DNA from: a virus
IMG/VR virus record: IMGVR_UViG_3300010413_000011
Location: 1 to 64,000 of that record
Strand: one strand, 5' to 3'
Length of the DNA stretch: 64,000 nt
This document shows positions 37,216 through 46,379 of the stretch, one piece after another. The position numbers and the translations under genes are program-made. The first letter of the stretch is position 1. Each line of letters begins with the position of its first letter. The notes under the pieces were generated by a model. The model saw only the letters and a program-made list of their open reading frames with translations. It was not told the origin of the DNA and did no database searches.

Positions 37216-37729
37216 CAAAGTAATAGACTTTATAGAAACTGATTTACCAAGGACCTACTATCCCGAAGGTGGGGTCTCTCCTGAACAATTACAACCGAAC
37301 GGAGTCGACTGTCGTTTATTTTTTGTAAGGAGAGTCGACCCGGATCGTATTATGATATTTCGTAAAAATGAGAAGGATGTACCAGAGCTGGAGATGGTCG
37401 AACCTATAATCCATAGGTCCTTTCATGAGCGCGACAAACAACACGCCTTTTTCAATTTGGAACCTGGGGCCTATAATTTTGAAATGGCCGAACGAATAAA
37501 AGTTCCTCAAGGTATTGCGGCAATGTTCTTTGGTCGGAGTACCCTTAACCGAAACGGAATACTCCTTTTGTCGTCGGTCTATGATACGGGTTATGACGGT
37601 AGAATAGGAGGGACGGCGTATGTCTGGCGGCGGATACAAATAGAAATGTTTGTTCGAGTCGGACAAATTGTTTGTTGGGAAGCTCACGAAACGAAGGAGT
37701 ATGACGGTCAATATGGCGACGGAAAGTAA
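37199..37729 (+). CDS. dut: Trimeric dUTPase (dCTP deaminase-like fold)
   Basis: QLQPNGVD, GRSTLNRNG and YDTGYDG; the deaminase catalytic Glu is not evident; RBS before ATG 37199. Confidence 0.8.
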   Translation: MILPGNKVIDFIETDLPRTYYPEGGVSPEQLQPNGVDCRLFFVRRVDPDRIMIFRKNEKDVPELEMVEPIIHRSFHERDKQHAFFNLEPGAYNFEMAERIKVPQGIAAMFFGRSTLNRNGILLLSSVYDTGYDGRIGGTAYVWRRIQIEMFVRVGQIVCWEAHETKEYDGQYGDGK

Positions 37730-40313
37730 ATGGCATAAGACTTCAATCGATCTTACTAGAAGTAAGCAGGGTCGTAAGACCTGTTTGAAGTGTCCTTGGT
37801 TTAAAAAGTTCGAGCAGGGAAAAACCGATTCGATCAACTTTTGTGTTGGCGGATACGGTTTAGTACCTGCCGATGTAATGATTGTTGGTGAGGCCCCGGG
37901 TTGGCCCGAGGCTAATGCGCGACCTCATCAACTTCATCCTTTCATGGGAGAGGATTCCTATATATTAGATTTCCTATTAAAAAAAGCAGGACTATCTCGT
38001 CGACAATTCTATATAACTAACGCTATCAAATGCAAACCTCTTCAATATGGCAAAGTCCCGATCGATATTGTTAACCGTTGTGCCTCACATCTTTGGTACG
38101 AAATAGAAATGGTTCAACCTAAATTAATAATTGCTCTAGGTGCTGACGCTCTCAAAGCCTTGACAGGTAGACCATTTTCGATAACACAGGAAAGAGGATT
38201 CAGGCGAACGTTTAGTGACTTCGTCAATTTAGAGAGAATAGGACTAGCTGAATCTAATTGGTCGGATCTCGAGGACGATTTCGGAGACATTTGGGTTTAT
38301 CCGATGAGACATCCTCATTTACTTTATAAAGATCCTAGATGGTTATCTACTTTTAAGTTCGACTTTAAAGAAATAAAACGGTTGATGAGAAAAGGATTTC
38401 CCGACCATAACGAACCACCTAAGATTAAAGTTACCGATACTCTAGAACGTTTCGAAGAATTCTATAAGGCGATTCAGAAGGCACCGGCTTACTCGGTCGA
38501 TACTGAAACGACCTCCACTAGTATGATTGATGCCAAAGCTCTCTGTATCTCCTTTTCATGGGGTAGAAAAAATACCTGGGTCGTACCACTGAGGGGCCAA
38601 GGAGGAAAAAGATTTTGGCAATCTGGTGCCGATGAAATTATTCGGAAGGACCTAAAACAAATTTTTAAGGAGAAAAATATTTATCGTATTGCTCAAAATT
38701 TTAAATTTGATTATAACGTTCTCCGGAAGGAAGGATTCGGTGAGGTTTATTTTGAGTTCGACACAATGACTGCTCATCACGTTATCGACGAGACCGGTCC
38801 TTACGATTTAGAAAATATTGCCAACTTTTACGGACTCGACCTTGGTTATTGGCCAGATTCGATTTGGAAATATACTCCTCGGAATAAAAAAGCTCAGTTT
38901 GCTGACATTCCAAATAAGATTCTCTGGCAATATACCGGAGTTGACGCGTGGACTACTTGGGAACTAGGTAAGCCGAACGGTGGTAGAGTTAGGACTGAAT
39001 TAGAGAAGAACCCTAATTTAGTTCGACTGGTTAAAGAAGTTACCTTCCCACTTTCTTATCCGTTAGCAGATATGGAATACTATGGAGTCAAGTTAAACCT
39101 AGATCGAATTGGGAAATTGGAAAAATTATATCAGAAAAAATTGGATATGATAACTGGTAGACTCCGCGTACTAGCGAATAAAGAAGATTTCAATCCCTTT
39201 TCTCCCGATCAAGTTATAGAATTACTATTCAATAAGTTGAAGATGACTACTAGAGGACTAACACCTGGTCGCAAACCAAAGACCGATGCCGATGTACTAG
39301 AGATAATGTTAAGAGAGGAACGGTCGCCCAAAAAGAGAACGATCCTTCGTCTCATAATTTTAGCTCGAAGTTACAGAGCAACAATTTCTAGAGAATTACA
39401 AGGGCTCCGAAAATTGGCTCCAGACGGAAATATAAGAACGACCTATTTGATTCCAGGAACCAGAACTGGTCGTCTCTCTTCAATAGGTCCCGACTTACAA
39501 AATGTCAAACGCGGTCCTGAAATCAGAAATTGTTTTACAGTAGAAGAGGACTCATTATTTGGAGGCGGTGACTACAAGGCGATAGAACTTCGACAAGCAG
39601 CGTTGTTAAGTGGTGACCCGGAGATGTTAGATATCTTTGAGAAGGGTATAGATTTTCATACAGTCACGACAGCTCGAGTTCGTAAAATACCAGAGGAGGA
39701 AGTTACCAAAGAACAGAGAGCACGAGGAAAAGCGGTTGTGTTCGGTGGAATAATGTATGGTAGATCGATTCAAACAATGGCCGACGAATATGATTTACCA
39801 TACGAAGAAGTAGAAGATATGATGGATGGAATAGCCGAGTTGTACCATGTATTCATGAAATGGCGTGAAAGCAATGTACGAGAGGCGAAAGAAAAGTTTT
39901 ATTTGGAAACGGCTTTTTGGAAACGGACTAGACATTTCCCTGCTTTCGAGATGATCGCGGATAGTAGATTGGCTAAGGTTCAGAGATTAAGGAATCAGTT
40001 AGGTCGCGAATTCAAACAGACGGTAGAGAAAACTGTTCGAGAATGTTACAATTATAGGATTTCCTCGCCGGCTGCCGATTGGGTTAATAAAGGAATTATT
40101 AGGCTTCATACTCGACTTCGCGAAGAGAATATGAAAACCTATTGTTTAATGCAAGTTCATGACGCGCTGTATTTGAGAGTATTTAAAAAAGAAGTTTTAT
40201 TCGTTAAACAGTTGATTAAAGAGGAAATGGAAACCACCTTGAGGTATAAAGGCAATAGACTTAAATTAGAATTTGATACTGAAATGGGAAGGTGTTGGGA
40301 TGAAAAAGAGTGA
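37701..40313 (+). CDS. polA: Family A DNA polymerase with N-terminal family-4 UDG-like domain (SPO1-like)
   Basis: VGEAPG..TNAIKC; Exo motifs DTET, NFKFD, YTGVD; TGRLSS, DYKAIELR, R...K...F..YG, QVHD. Start uncertain (37701 or 37713). Confidence 0.93.
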   Translation: MTVNMATESKWHKTSIDLTRSKQGRKTCLKCPWFKKFEQGKTDSINFCVGGYGLVPADVMIVGEAPGWPEANARPHQLHPFMGEDSYILDFLLKKAGLSRRQFYITNAIKCKPLQYGKVPIDIVNRCASHLWYEIEMVQPKLIIALGADALKALTGRPFSITQERGFRRTFSDFVNLERIGLAESNWSDLEDDFGDIWVYPMRHPHLLYKDPRWLSTFKFDFKEIKRLMRKGFPDHNEPPKIKVTDTLERFEEFYKAIQKAPAYSVDTETTSTSMIDAKALCISFSWGRKNTWVVPLRGQGGKRFWQSGADEIIRKDLKQIFKEKNIYRIAQNFKFDYNVLRKEGFGEVYFEFDTMTAHHVIDETGPYDLENIANFYGLDLGYWPDSIWKYTPRNKKAQFADIPNKILWQYTGVDAWTTWELGKPNGGRVRTELEKNPNLVRLVKEVTFPLSYPLADMEYYGVKLNLDRIGKLEKLYQKKLDMITGRLRVLANKEDFNPFSPDQVIELLFNKLKMTTRGLTPGRKPKTDADVLEIMLREERSPKKRTILRLIILARSYRATISRELQGLRKLAPDGNIRTTYLIPGTRTGRLSSIGPDLQNVKRGPEIRNCFTVEEDSLFGGGDYKAIELRQAALLSGDPEMLDIFEKGIDFHTVTTARVRKIPEEEVTKEQRARGKAVVFGGIMYGRSIQTMADEYDLPYEEVEDMMDGIAELYHVFMKWRESNVREAKEKFYLETAFWKRTRHFPAFEMIADSRLAKVQRLRNQLGREFKQTVEKTVRECYNYRISSPAADWVNKGIIRLHTRLREENMKTYCLMQVHDALYLRVFKKEVLFVKQLIKEEMETTLRYKGNRLKLEFDTEMGRCWDEKE

Positions 40314-40734
40314 TATACGAAAAGATTTAGATATAGATGTGTCGAACATCAATAGGGAGATGATCGAACATCCTTTATCTCTCCAACGGTGGGGAGTTAA
40401 GTTGGCCAGAGCAAAACGAGTAGCAGCGAAGGCGAAGGCCCGATTACAATTTCGTGAAGCCAAATTGGATGAGGTTTACAGAATAAAGAACGAAAAATAT
40501 ACGGAACAACAAATTAAAATGAAAATAAGGAAGTCCACTTCGTATCGGGAGGTTCAGAAGGAGTTGATCGAGGCGGAATTCATAGTCGATACTTTAGACA
40601 TGGCGGTCAAGGCTTTGATGGCTCGGACCGGAATGTTGTTATCTCTCGGAGCTGTAGATCGTAAAATTTCCGATGGTGATGATTTACATATAATGAAAGA
40701 TAAAGTCAAACGTAAACTGGTTAAAAGGAGGTAA
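40300..40734 (+). CDS. UvsY-like recombination mediator
   Basis: DLDID..NINREMIEHP, coiled coil, YTEQQIK; adjacent to the SSB gene. Confidence 0.65.
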   Translation: MKKSDIRKDLDIDVSNINREMIEHPLSLQRWGVKLARAKRVAAKAKARLQFREAKLDEVYRIKNEKYTEQQIKMKIRKSTSYREVQKELIEAEFIVDTLDMAVKALMARTGMLLSLGAVDRKISDGDDLHIMKDKVKRKLVKRR

Positions 40735-40737
40735 CCA

Positions 40738-41640
40738 ATGCCAAAGAAAAAGGAAAAAAAGAAGGGCGGTAAAAAGAGTCTTATTGAAGAGGTTCAAAAG
40801 ACTCTGAAGGAACAAAATCGCAAGAGTGCCGGAGCGATGTTCGGCGACACTTCCATTTGGACTCCGGGTAAAGGGACCAATAAAATTCGGATACTACCGA
40901 GTTGGAACCCAGACGAAACTCCGGTCTTCTACAAAGAAGTTGCCTACCATTACTCGGTAGGACCTGATGAGTCGATTGTCATGTGTCCTCAAAGGATGGC
41001 CGGTAAACGGTGCTTCATCTGTGAGCAGGTCAAGGAGCTAAAAAAGGCAAAAGGCAAAGGAGCGAAGAAGGCAAAGGCTATCATCGAGAAGGTGAGAGCA
41101 AAGGGAAGAATTCTCTACAACATCGTGGACCTCAACGACAAAAAGGCTGGGATTCAGGTCTTTATCTCTGGACCAAAGATTTTCAAGGAATTGTTATCGA
41201 TGGTCATTGATGAGGATATCGGAGACATCTCCGACCCGAAAGAGGGATTCGATATCAAAATCATCCGCGAAGGTGAAGGTCTCGACACCGAGTACAGGGT
41301 CCGGGCCGCTGCGAAGGCAACAGCAATCAAGAAAAAGGCTTGGCTAAAAGGCCTGAACGATCTCGACGCTCTGGCTGGTGATCTCCCGAGTTATGAGGAT
41401 ACCAAGGCGGCTTGGGAAGGCGAAGACGAAACGGACGACGAAGAGGATGACGACGACGAGGAAGCAGACGACGAAGAGGATGACGACGAAGACGAAGAGG
41501 ATGACGACGAAGACGAAGAGGACGAGGATGACGAAGACGAAGAGGACGAGGACGACGATGAAGAAGATGACGATGACGAGGAAGAAGAGGAGCGTCCGAA
41601 GAAAAGTAAAAAGAAAAAGAAGGGAAAGAAAAAGAAGTAA
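40738..41640 (+). CDS. gp32-like ssDNA-binding protein with long acidic tract and Lys-rich ends
   Basis: KIRILP, HY..CP..CFICE, DISDPKEGFDIKI.REG.GLDTEY. Confidence 0.85.
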   Translation: MPKKKEKKKGGKKSLIEEVQKTLKEQNRKSAGAMFGDTSIWTPGKGTNKIRILPSWNPDETPVFYKEVAYHYSVGPDESIVMCPQRMAGKRCFICEQVKELKKAKGKGAKKAKAIIEKVRAKGRILYNIVDLNDKKAGIQVFISGPKIFKELLSMVIDEDIGDISDPKEGFDIKIIREGEGLDTEYRVRAAAKATAIKKKAWLKGLNDLDALAGDLPSYEDTKAAWEGEDETDDEEDDDDEEADDEEDDDEDEEDDDEDEEDEDDEDEEDEDDDEEDDDDEEEEERPKKSKKKKKGKKKK

Positions 41641-41652
41641 CTGGTACTTGCC

Positions 41653-42570
41653 ATGATCTTAATTATCGACGGTAACAATGCGGCCTTCAGGGCTAATTCG
41701 GTTCTTACCATGAGTTGGAAGACCAAAAGGACAAGTGCCATTTTCGGAACTTTATCGATAGTTCGGTCAGTCATGAACAGAGTGGATCCTAGTAAAGTTA
41801 TCGTCGTATGGGACATCGGCGGTTCAAAATACCGAAAAAGATTGTTTCCTGAGTATAAAAAGAAACGAATCGAAAAAAGAGATGACGATGATTTCCAAAC
41901 TTTCATCGACCAAGTTCAAATACTCAGAGATCGAATCTTTCCAGTTCTAGGGATTACTCAAGCGGTAAAGTCTGGAGTCGAAGCGGATGATGTTATATAT
42001 CGTCTCGCAAAATACTACTCGGTTAAAAAGGAAAAAGTGATTATACTTTCGGGAGATACCGACTTGTATCAATTGGTGAGCAAACGAGTTTCAATAATCT
42101 CACCTAGTCGGAAACGAAACGATTTTATAACCAATAAAAACTTTACCCGGATTACTAAAGGATTGGATCAAGATCAATTTGTGTCATACAAAATGTTAGT
42201 CGGAGATCCTTCCGATGGTATCCCGGGCGTACCAGGTTTCGGTGACAAAACTTCTCGTGTGGCCTTGGGACACTATAAGTCGGCAGAGGAGGCGGTCGAG
42301 CATTATGACGAACTGGTTAAACTGATGCCTCGGATTGCCAGATATGTAACCAGTAAGAAGGCAGAGAGTATCGTTGACCGAAACCGAAAATTAATCGATT
42401 TAAGTATCTACAATCGACCGAAACGGGTAAAGGCTTCAACGAAATTATTAATTGAGTCTGAACTAAATGAACAGGAATTTCGAAAAATTTGTAAAGAGTT
42501 CGGGTTCGTTTATATACTATCTAATTTTATGGATTGGATTGAACCATTCAAAGAGTTGGACAGGGGGTGA
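41653..42570 (+). CDS. 5'-3' exonuclease/flap endonuclease (T4 RNase H-like)
   Basis: IIDGNN, YK..R, EADDVI, SGDTD, GDPSDGIPGVPGFGDKT. Confidence 0.92.
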   Translation: MILIIDGNNAAFRANSVLTMSWKTKRTSAIFGTLSIVRSVMNRVDPSKVIVVWDIGGSKYRKRLFPEYKKKRIEKRDDDDFQTFIDQVQILRDRIFPVLGITQAVKSGVEADDVIYRLAKYYSVKKEKVIILSGDTDLYQLVSKRVSIISPSRKRNDFITNKNFTRITKGLDQDQFVSYKMLVGDPSDGIPGVPGFGDKTSRVALGHYKSAEEAVEHYDELVKLMPRIARYVTSKKAESIVDRNRKLIDLSIYNRPKRVKASTKLLIESELNEQEFRKICKEFGFVYILSNFMDWIEPFKELDRG

Positions 42571-43550
42571 CCATGTATGGTTATCAAATTTATCTGACCC
42601 ACGGCTGTAATCTGCGGTGTCGGCAATGTGGTGTCTGGAGGGCCAAATCGATCGGTCGGGAAAAACAATGGACCGAATGGGCAGCTATCCTACCGACCAT
42701 GGTCCAGGTTTTCGAGAAAACATTTCATCGGAAACCAGCGTTCAAATTGATGGGAGGCGAACCAACAATTTATCCGGGTTTCGAAGAAGTTTGTAGAGCA
42801 ATTAAAACACTCGGTTGTAATATTTCTGTTCTGTCGAATGTTAGTAAAACCTGGCAGTGGGAAATGTTGACTCGAGTTTTGGGAAAAGGGGATTCAATTT
42901 TCGTTTCAATGGATTTCTTTCCGAATAGAAGGAAACAATATGAGATGAGATCCGATCCGGCAGAAGAGAAGGCTTTTGCTGCCCTCCATTTCATCGAGAC
43001 CTTTCCCGACAACCAAACCGATTTCGAGGTCGGCGTAAATATTACGGTATCTTCGGATACCTTGCCTAGATTATCTGGCCTTATTGATTGTTTGGTTCAG
43101 TTGAACGCTAAGATGAATATTTGTCTTCGGCAAGGCAGCGAACCGAATGAGGACGAACTCTACCACGTTCTTAGGGCACCGAATCGAACTGGCAATTTAA
43201 ACCAGGAGGAGGTCGACCAGTTAGTCAAAATTATGCTATCCGACTTATTGCCAGTTCCAGATCTTTTTCTCGGATCAAAGGAATACATTAGGATAATTCA
43301 GGTTCACGGAGCGAATAACGATTGGCATTGTAGAGATCAACTCCACCTTCCGTATATTTATTTGGATTGCGATGGTTCGGTAATGGCGTGTCCAGACGTC
43401 GCCTTACCAGATCCTCAGGTTTTACCTTTAGCGAGTCCGACTCCTTTTGTTTGGACCGAGAGGATGTTGAAGACCTATCGTGCCAAATGTTGTGGCTGTA
43501 CTATTTCGTCAGCGATGACCGATGTTGTCGCAGCACTCTGGGAGAAATAA
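42567..43550 (+). CDS. Radical SAM enzyme with SPASM/Twitch-like C-terminus
   Basis: LTHGCNLRCRQC, GGEP, C-terminal HC..LDCDGSVMAC..CCGC. Confidence 0.85.
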   Translation: MTMYGYQIYLTHGCNLRCRQCGVWRAKSIGREKQWTEWAAILPTMVQVFEKTFHRKPAFKLMGGEPTIYPGFEEVCRAIKTLGCNISVLSNVSKTWQWEMLTRVLGKGDSIFVSMDFFPNRRKQYEMRSDPAEEKAFAALHFIETFPDNQTDFEVGVNITVSSDTLPRLSGLIDCLVQLNAKMNICLRQGSEPNEDELYHVLRAPNRTGNLNQEEVDQLVKIMLSDLLPVPDLFLGSKEYIRIIQVHGANNDWHCRDQLHLPYIYLDCDGSVMACPDVALPDPQVLPLASPTPFVWTERMLKTYRAKCCGCTISSAMTDVVAALWEK

Positions 43551-43551
43551 A

Positions 43552-45462
43552 ATGATACTTTCTGCTCCTAAAATTGCCCATATTGGCTTGGACAATCGAG
43601 TTTACCAAACTCATTGCCTTCATCCGAAAAATTTTTTACAATTTTTGGGAGGGCGAGGATTGAACAGTCATCTGACTTTTCAAAACCGCTCTATTAATTT
43701 CCCGATGGTTTTTATTACTCCAGGGTTGTTGACTGGAACTCTGTGTCCATCGTCGTCTCGCTGTACTATTGGTACTAATATATCACCCTCTTTAGGAAGA
43801 TGGGCTGATGGGAATCTCGGAGGATTTTTTGGAGCTGAACTAAGAAGAGCAGGTTGGAATCAAATTTGGTTAGAAGGTATTTCCGAAAAACCTATTTTAA
43901 TATATATTGAAAACCAAAAAATAAAAAGTGTTGACGCTGGTAATCTTTGGGGACTCGGAGTTCATGACACAACTGAGAGAATCCGAGAAGAGTTTGGGCC
44001 GGACGCTCAGTCTCTTGTAATCGGGCCGGCCGGAGAAACCCAGGTCGCGTACGCCTGCGTTATGTCGGGCGATAGAGCGGCAGGAGGAGGCGGTATTGGT
44101 GCCGTCCTCGGGAAAATGAAAGTCAAGGCGATCGTTGTTCGGGGAACTAGAGGTCTTGAACCTGCCCAACCCGAGGAGTTTATGGACGCTTGTCTGGCGG
44201 CTCATAAACAAGTTCGATCGAATCCTTTGTTCGGTGAGTTTTCACAATCTGGTACTTCAATTATTACATCCATTTATAAAGGAGTCAAAGCACTACCGGT
44301 TAATTATTGGGATAAAGGAGATTCGCCACACGCTTACAAATTCGAACCAGGAAATTTGAAGACGAAAGTTGTAAAAAGTCGAGCTTGCTATGGTTGTTCG
44401 ATTCATTGCTCTCATGAACTTACTTTCGGGTTCGAAGGGGTAGAGTACGAGGCGTTGAACGGGCTCGGTCTTAAAATTGGAATCACCGATCTAGACGAAT
44501 GCCTTCGTTTGATAAAATGGTTCAACAACCTGGGTCTCGATGTAGTCCAGACCTCTGGCGTTCTAGGTATGTTGATGAAAATGACCGAAGATGGCTTCGC
44601 GATGAATATGGATCGAATTAAATTTGGAGATGCTGAGGCTATTTGGACGCGAGTTGCTAGTTGGATGGATAGTAGAAGAAGAGATCTCAGTTTTTGGAAT
44701 GGTCTTGACGCCGGGTTCGAAAGATATTCTGAGATATTTCCTCCAGGTCCTGACGGAAATAAGGGCGATGTTCTTAAACGATTCCGTCGAAAGTATTCGG
44801 TCGATATTAAAAATTCAATGCCACCCAGCCTAGACTTCAGGGTTCCAGAAAACTTTGCGGCTACTATTGCTTGTATGACGGCTACTCGAGGCGCTGACCA
44901 TCTTAGAAGTTTGGCACCGATTGAGGCCTACGGTCAGTGGTACGGGAGAGAGGATCTCGAGGCGATGGCTATTCATTTTGGAATACCATCTGATATTATG
45001 AAAGAATGGTTGGACCTGGACGGGTTCGATCCTAAAATAAATTCGAAAAGTATAAGAGGAAAGGTTGCTATCATTTCTTACTTTCAAGATCAAAATGCTG
45101 TGACCGATGCCCTGGGTCTTTGTCGATTCGCCTCAAGTTGGAGAATGGGAGTCGGCCTCGAGTTGATGGCGGAGATGGTTTCGACTTTTCTTGGTATAGA
45201 TATGAACTGGTGTGGCCTGCGAGCAGTGGGCCAGAGGATAACCGTCTTAGAAAGATATCTGAACTCGAAAGTGTACGGCATGAATAAGTTCAGTGATTAT
45301 CCTCCCGAGAAATTTTTCGTAGAGCCTTTGAATGGGAGGAATCAACTCTCACATCATGACGTAAGATCAGCCCGCGATCAGTTCTATGAGTATAACGGAT
45401 ATGACGAGCAGGGATGTCCGACACCGGATACTTTTGAAAAATTAGGATTGGTTGTCAAATGA
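43552..45462 (+). CDS. aor: Aldehyde:ferredoxin oxidoreductase family (W/Mo-pterin) large subunit
   Basis: GGRG, SSR..SP, IGPAGE, GAVLG..KAIVVRG, CYGCSIHC, EYE, GLD, RGADH, DALGLCRF, GYDEQGCPT. Confidence 0.9.
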   Translation: MILSAPKIAHIGLDNRVYQTHCLHPKNFLQFLGGRGLNSHLTFQNRSINFPMVFITPGLLTGTLCPSSSRCTIGTNISPSLGRWADGNLGGFFGAELRRAGWNQIWLEGISEKPILIYIENQKIKSVDAGNLWGLGVHDTTERIREEFGPDAQSLVIGPAGETQVAYACVMSGDRAAGGGGIGAVLGKMKVKAIVVRGTRGLEPAQPEEFMDACLAAHKQVRSNPLFGEFSQSGTSIITSIYKGVKALPVNYWDKGDSPHAYKFEPGNLKTKVVKSRACYGCSIHCSHELTFGFEGVEYEALNGLGLKIGITDLDECLRLIKWFNNLGLDVVQTSGVLGMLMKMTEDGFAMNMDRIKFGDAEAIWTRVASWMDSRRRDLSFWNGLDAGFERYSEIFPPGPDGNKGDVLKRFRRKYSVDIKNSMPPSLDFRVPENFAATIACMTATRGADHLRSLAPIEAYGQWYGREDLEAMAIHFGIPSDIMKEWLDLDGFDPKINSKSIRGKVAIISYFQDQNAVTDALGLCRFASSWRMGVGLELMAEMVSTFLGIDMNWCGLRAVGQRITVLERYLNSKVYGMNKFSDYPPEKFFVEPLNGRNQLSHHDVRSARDQFYEYNGYDEQGCPTPDTFEKLGLVVK

Positions 45463-46079
45463 GAAAAGAACGAATTAAAAGTCTATGGAGTCATCTTACA
45501 TCGACACCGGTCGAAATCGTTCGAGGTTTTTCTCGTGCCGTTGTTTTGGTGACAAGGCAGTTAATCCTTTTAGAGAATCCTGTAGAAAGGATCTTACCGA
45601 AGTCAGCGCTCCTCTGTTCTTTTCAGCCTAAAAAACTTTCATACGAAAAGGCTGACTCATACCTGGGTTTCCTCCTAACCAAAAGGATTAGAGTCGATTA
45701 TACTAAATGTACGGGCTGTAAGGCATGCGAGTTGGCGTGCTCTTTAAACCATTACGGACGCTGCGAACCCGAGGAATCGAGAATCAGAATTGACCGACAA
45801 TGTAAAAAGTCGGCAGAGTTCTTTCCTTTCGTTTGTCAACACTGTACGATGCCCGAATGCGTTGTGGTCTGCCCGTCTGGAGCTTGTACGAGAACAAAAG
45901 AAGGTCTCGTAGTCGTAGACCCGGAACTTTGTATTGGTTGTAAACTTTGTATAATCGTTTGTCCGCTGAGTTCAGCGGCATGGAATTGGAGATTAGGTCA
46001 ATCGATGAGATGCGATCTTTGCGAAGGTGAACCGGTCTGTGTCAAGGTTTGCTCGACTAAGGCCATCGATTTTCATTGA
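45459..46079 (+). CDS. 4Fe-4S multicluster electron-transfer subunit (AOR partner)
   Basis: CTGCKACELAC, CQHC..PECVVVCP, CIGCKLCIIVCP, CDLC..PVCVKVC; ATGA overlap with the AOR stop. Confidence 0.9.
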   Translation: MRKERIKSLWSHLTSTPVEIVRGFSRAVVLVTRQLILLENPVERILPKSALLCSFQPKKLSYEKADSYLGFLLTKRIRVDYTKCTGCKACELACSLNHYGRCEPEESRIRIDRQCKKSAEFFPFVCQHCTMPECVVVCPSGACTRTKEGLVVVDPELCIGCKLCIIVCPLSSAAWNWRLGQSMRCDLCEGEPVCVKVCSTKAIDFH

Positions 46080-46090
46080 GGAGATAGATC

Positions 46091-46351
46091 ATGGTAGAAA
46101 CAGAGCAACAAAAAGTCTATGAGGCTCTAGTTGGTTTAGGATATATTTACGGAGTGAATTGCGCACTAGAGCATATAGGCATTGACCATCGAATAATGCC
46201 AGAACAGGATGACGAGAAAGAAGGAATACTCTATCCTTGGTACGATAAAGGACCATCGGGACAAATGGAAAAGAAATTAAAACAATTGGCAAGTAATTTG
46301 GTTCAAGATGGAATTTCAGTAGCTGACGTGGAACAATGGGGTTCGTTTTGA
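46091..46351 (+). CDS. Hypothetical protein
   Basis: GAGGAG RBS; in the operon. Confidence 0.6.
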   Translation: MVETEQQKVYEALVGLGYIYGVNCALEHIGIDHRIMPEQDDEKEGILYPWYDKGPSGQMEKKLKQLASNLVQDGISVADVEQWGSF

Positions 46352-46379
46352 TCCCTAAAGGTCAAAGAAGGAGAAGATT

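Noticed and set aside
42567-43550. Radical SAM as QueE, or as maturase of the sulfatase-like gene
   Set aside because: It lacks the QueE CDT context and has SPASM/Twitch cysteines; the sulfatase-like protein has Thr, not the Cys/Ser needed for formylglycine.
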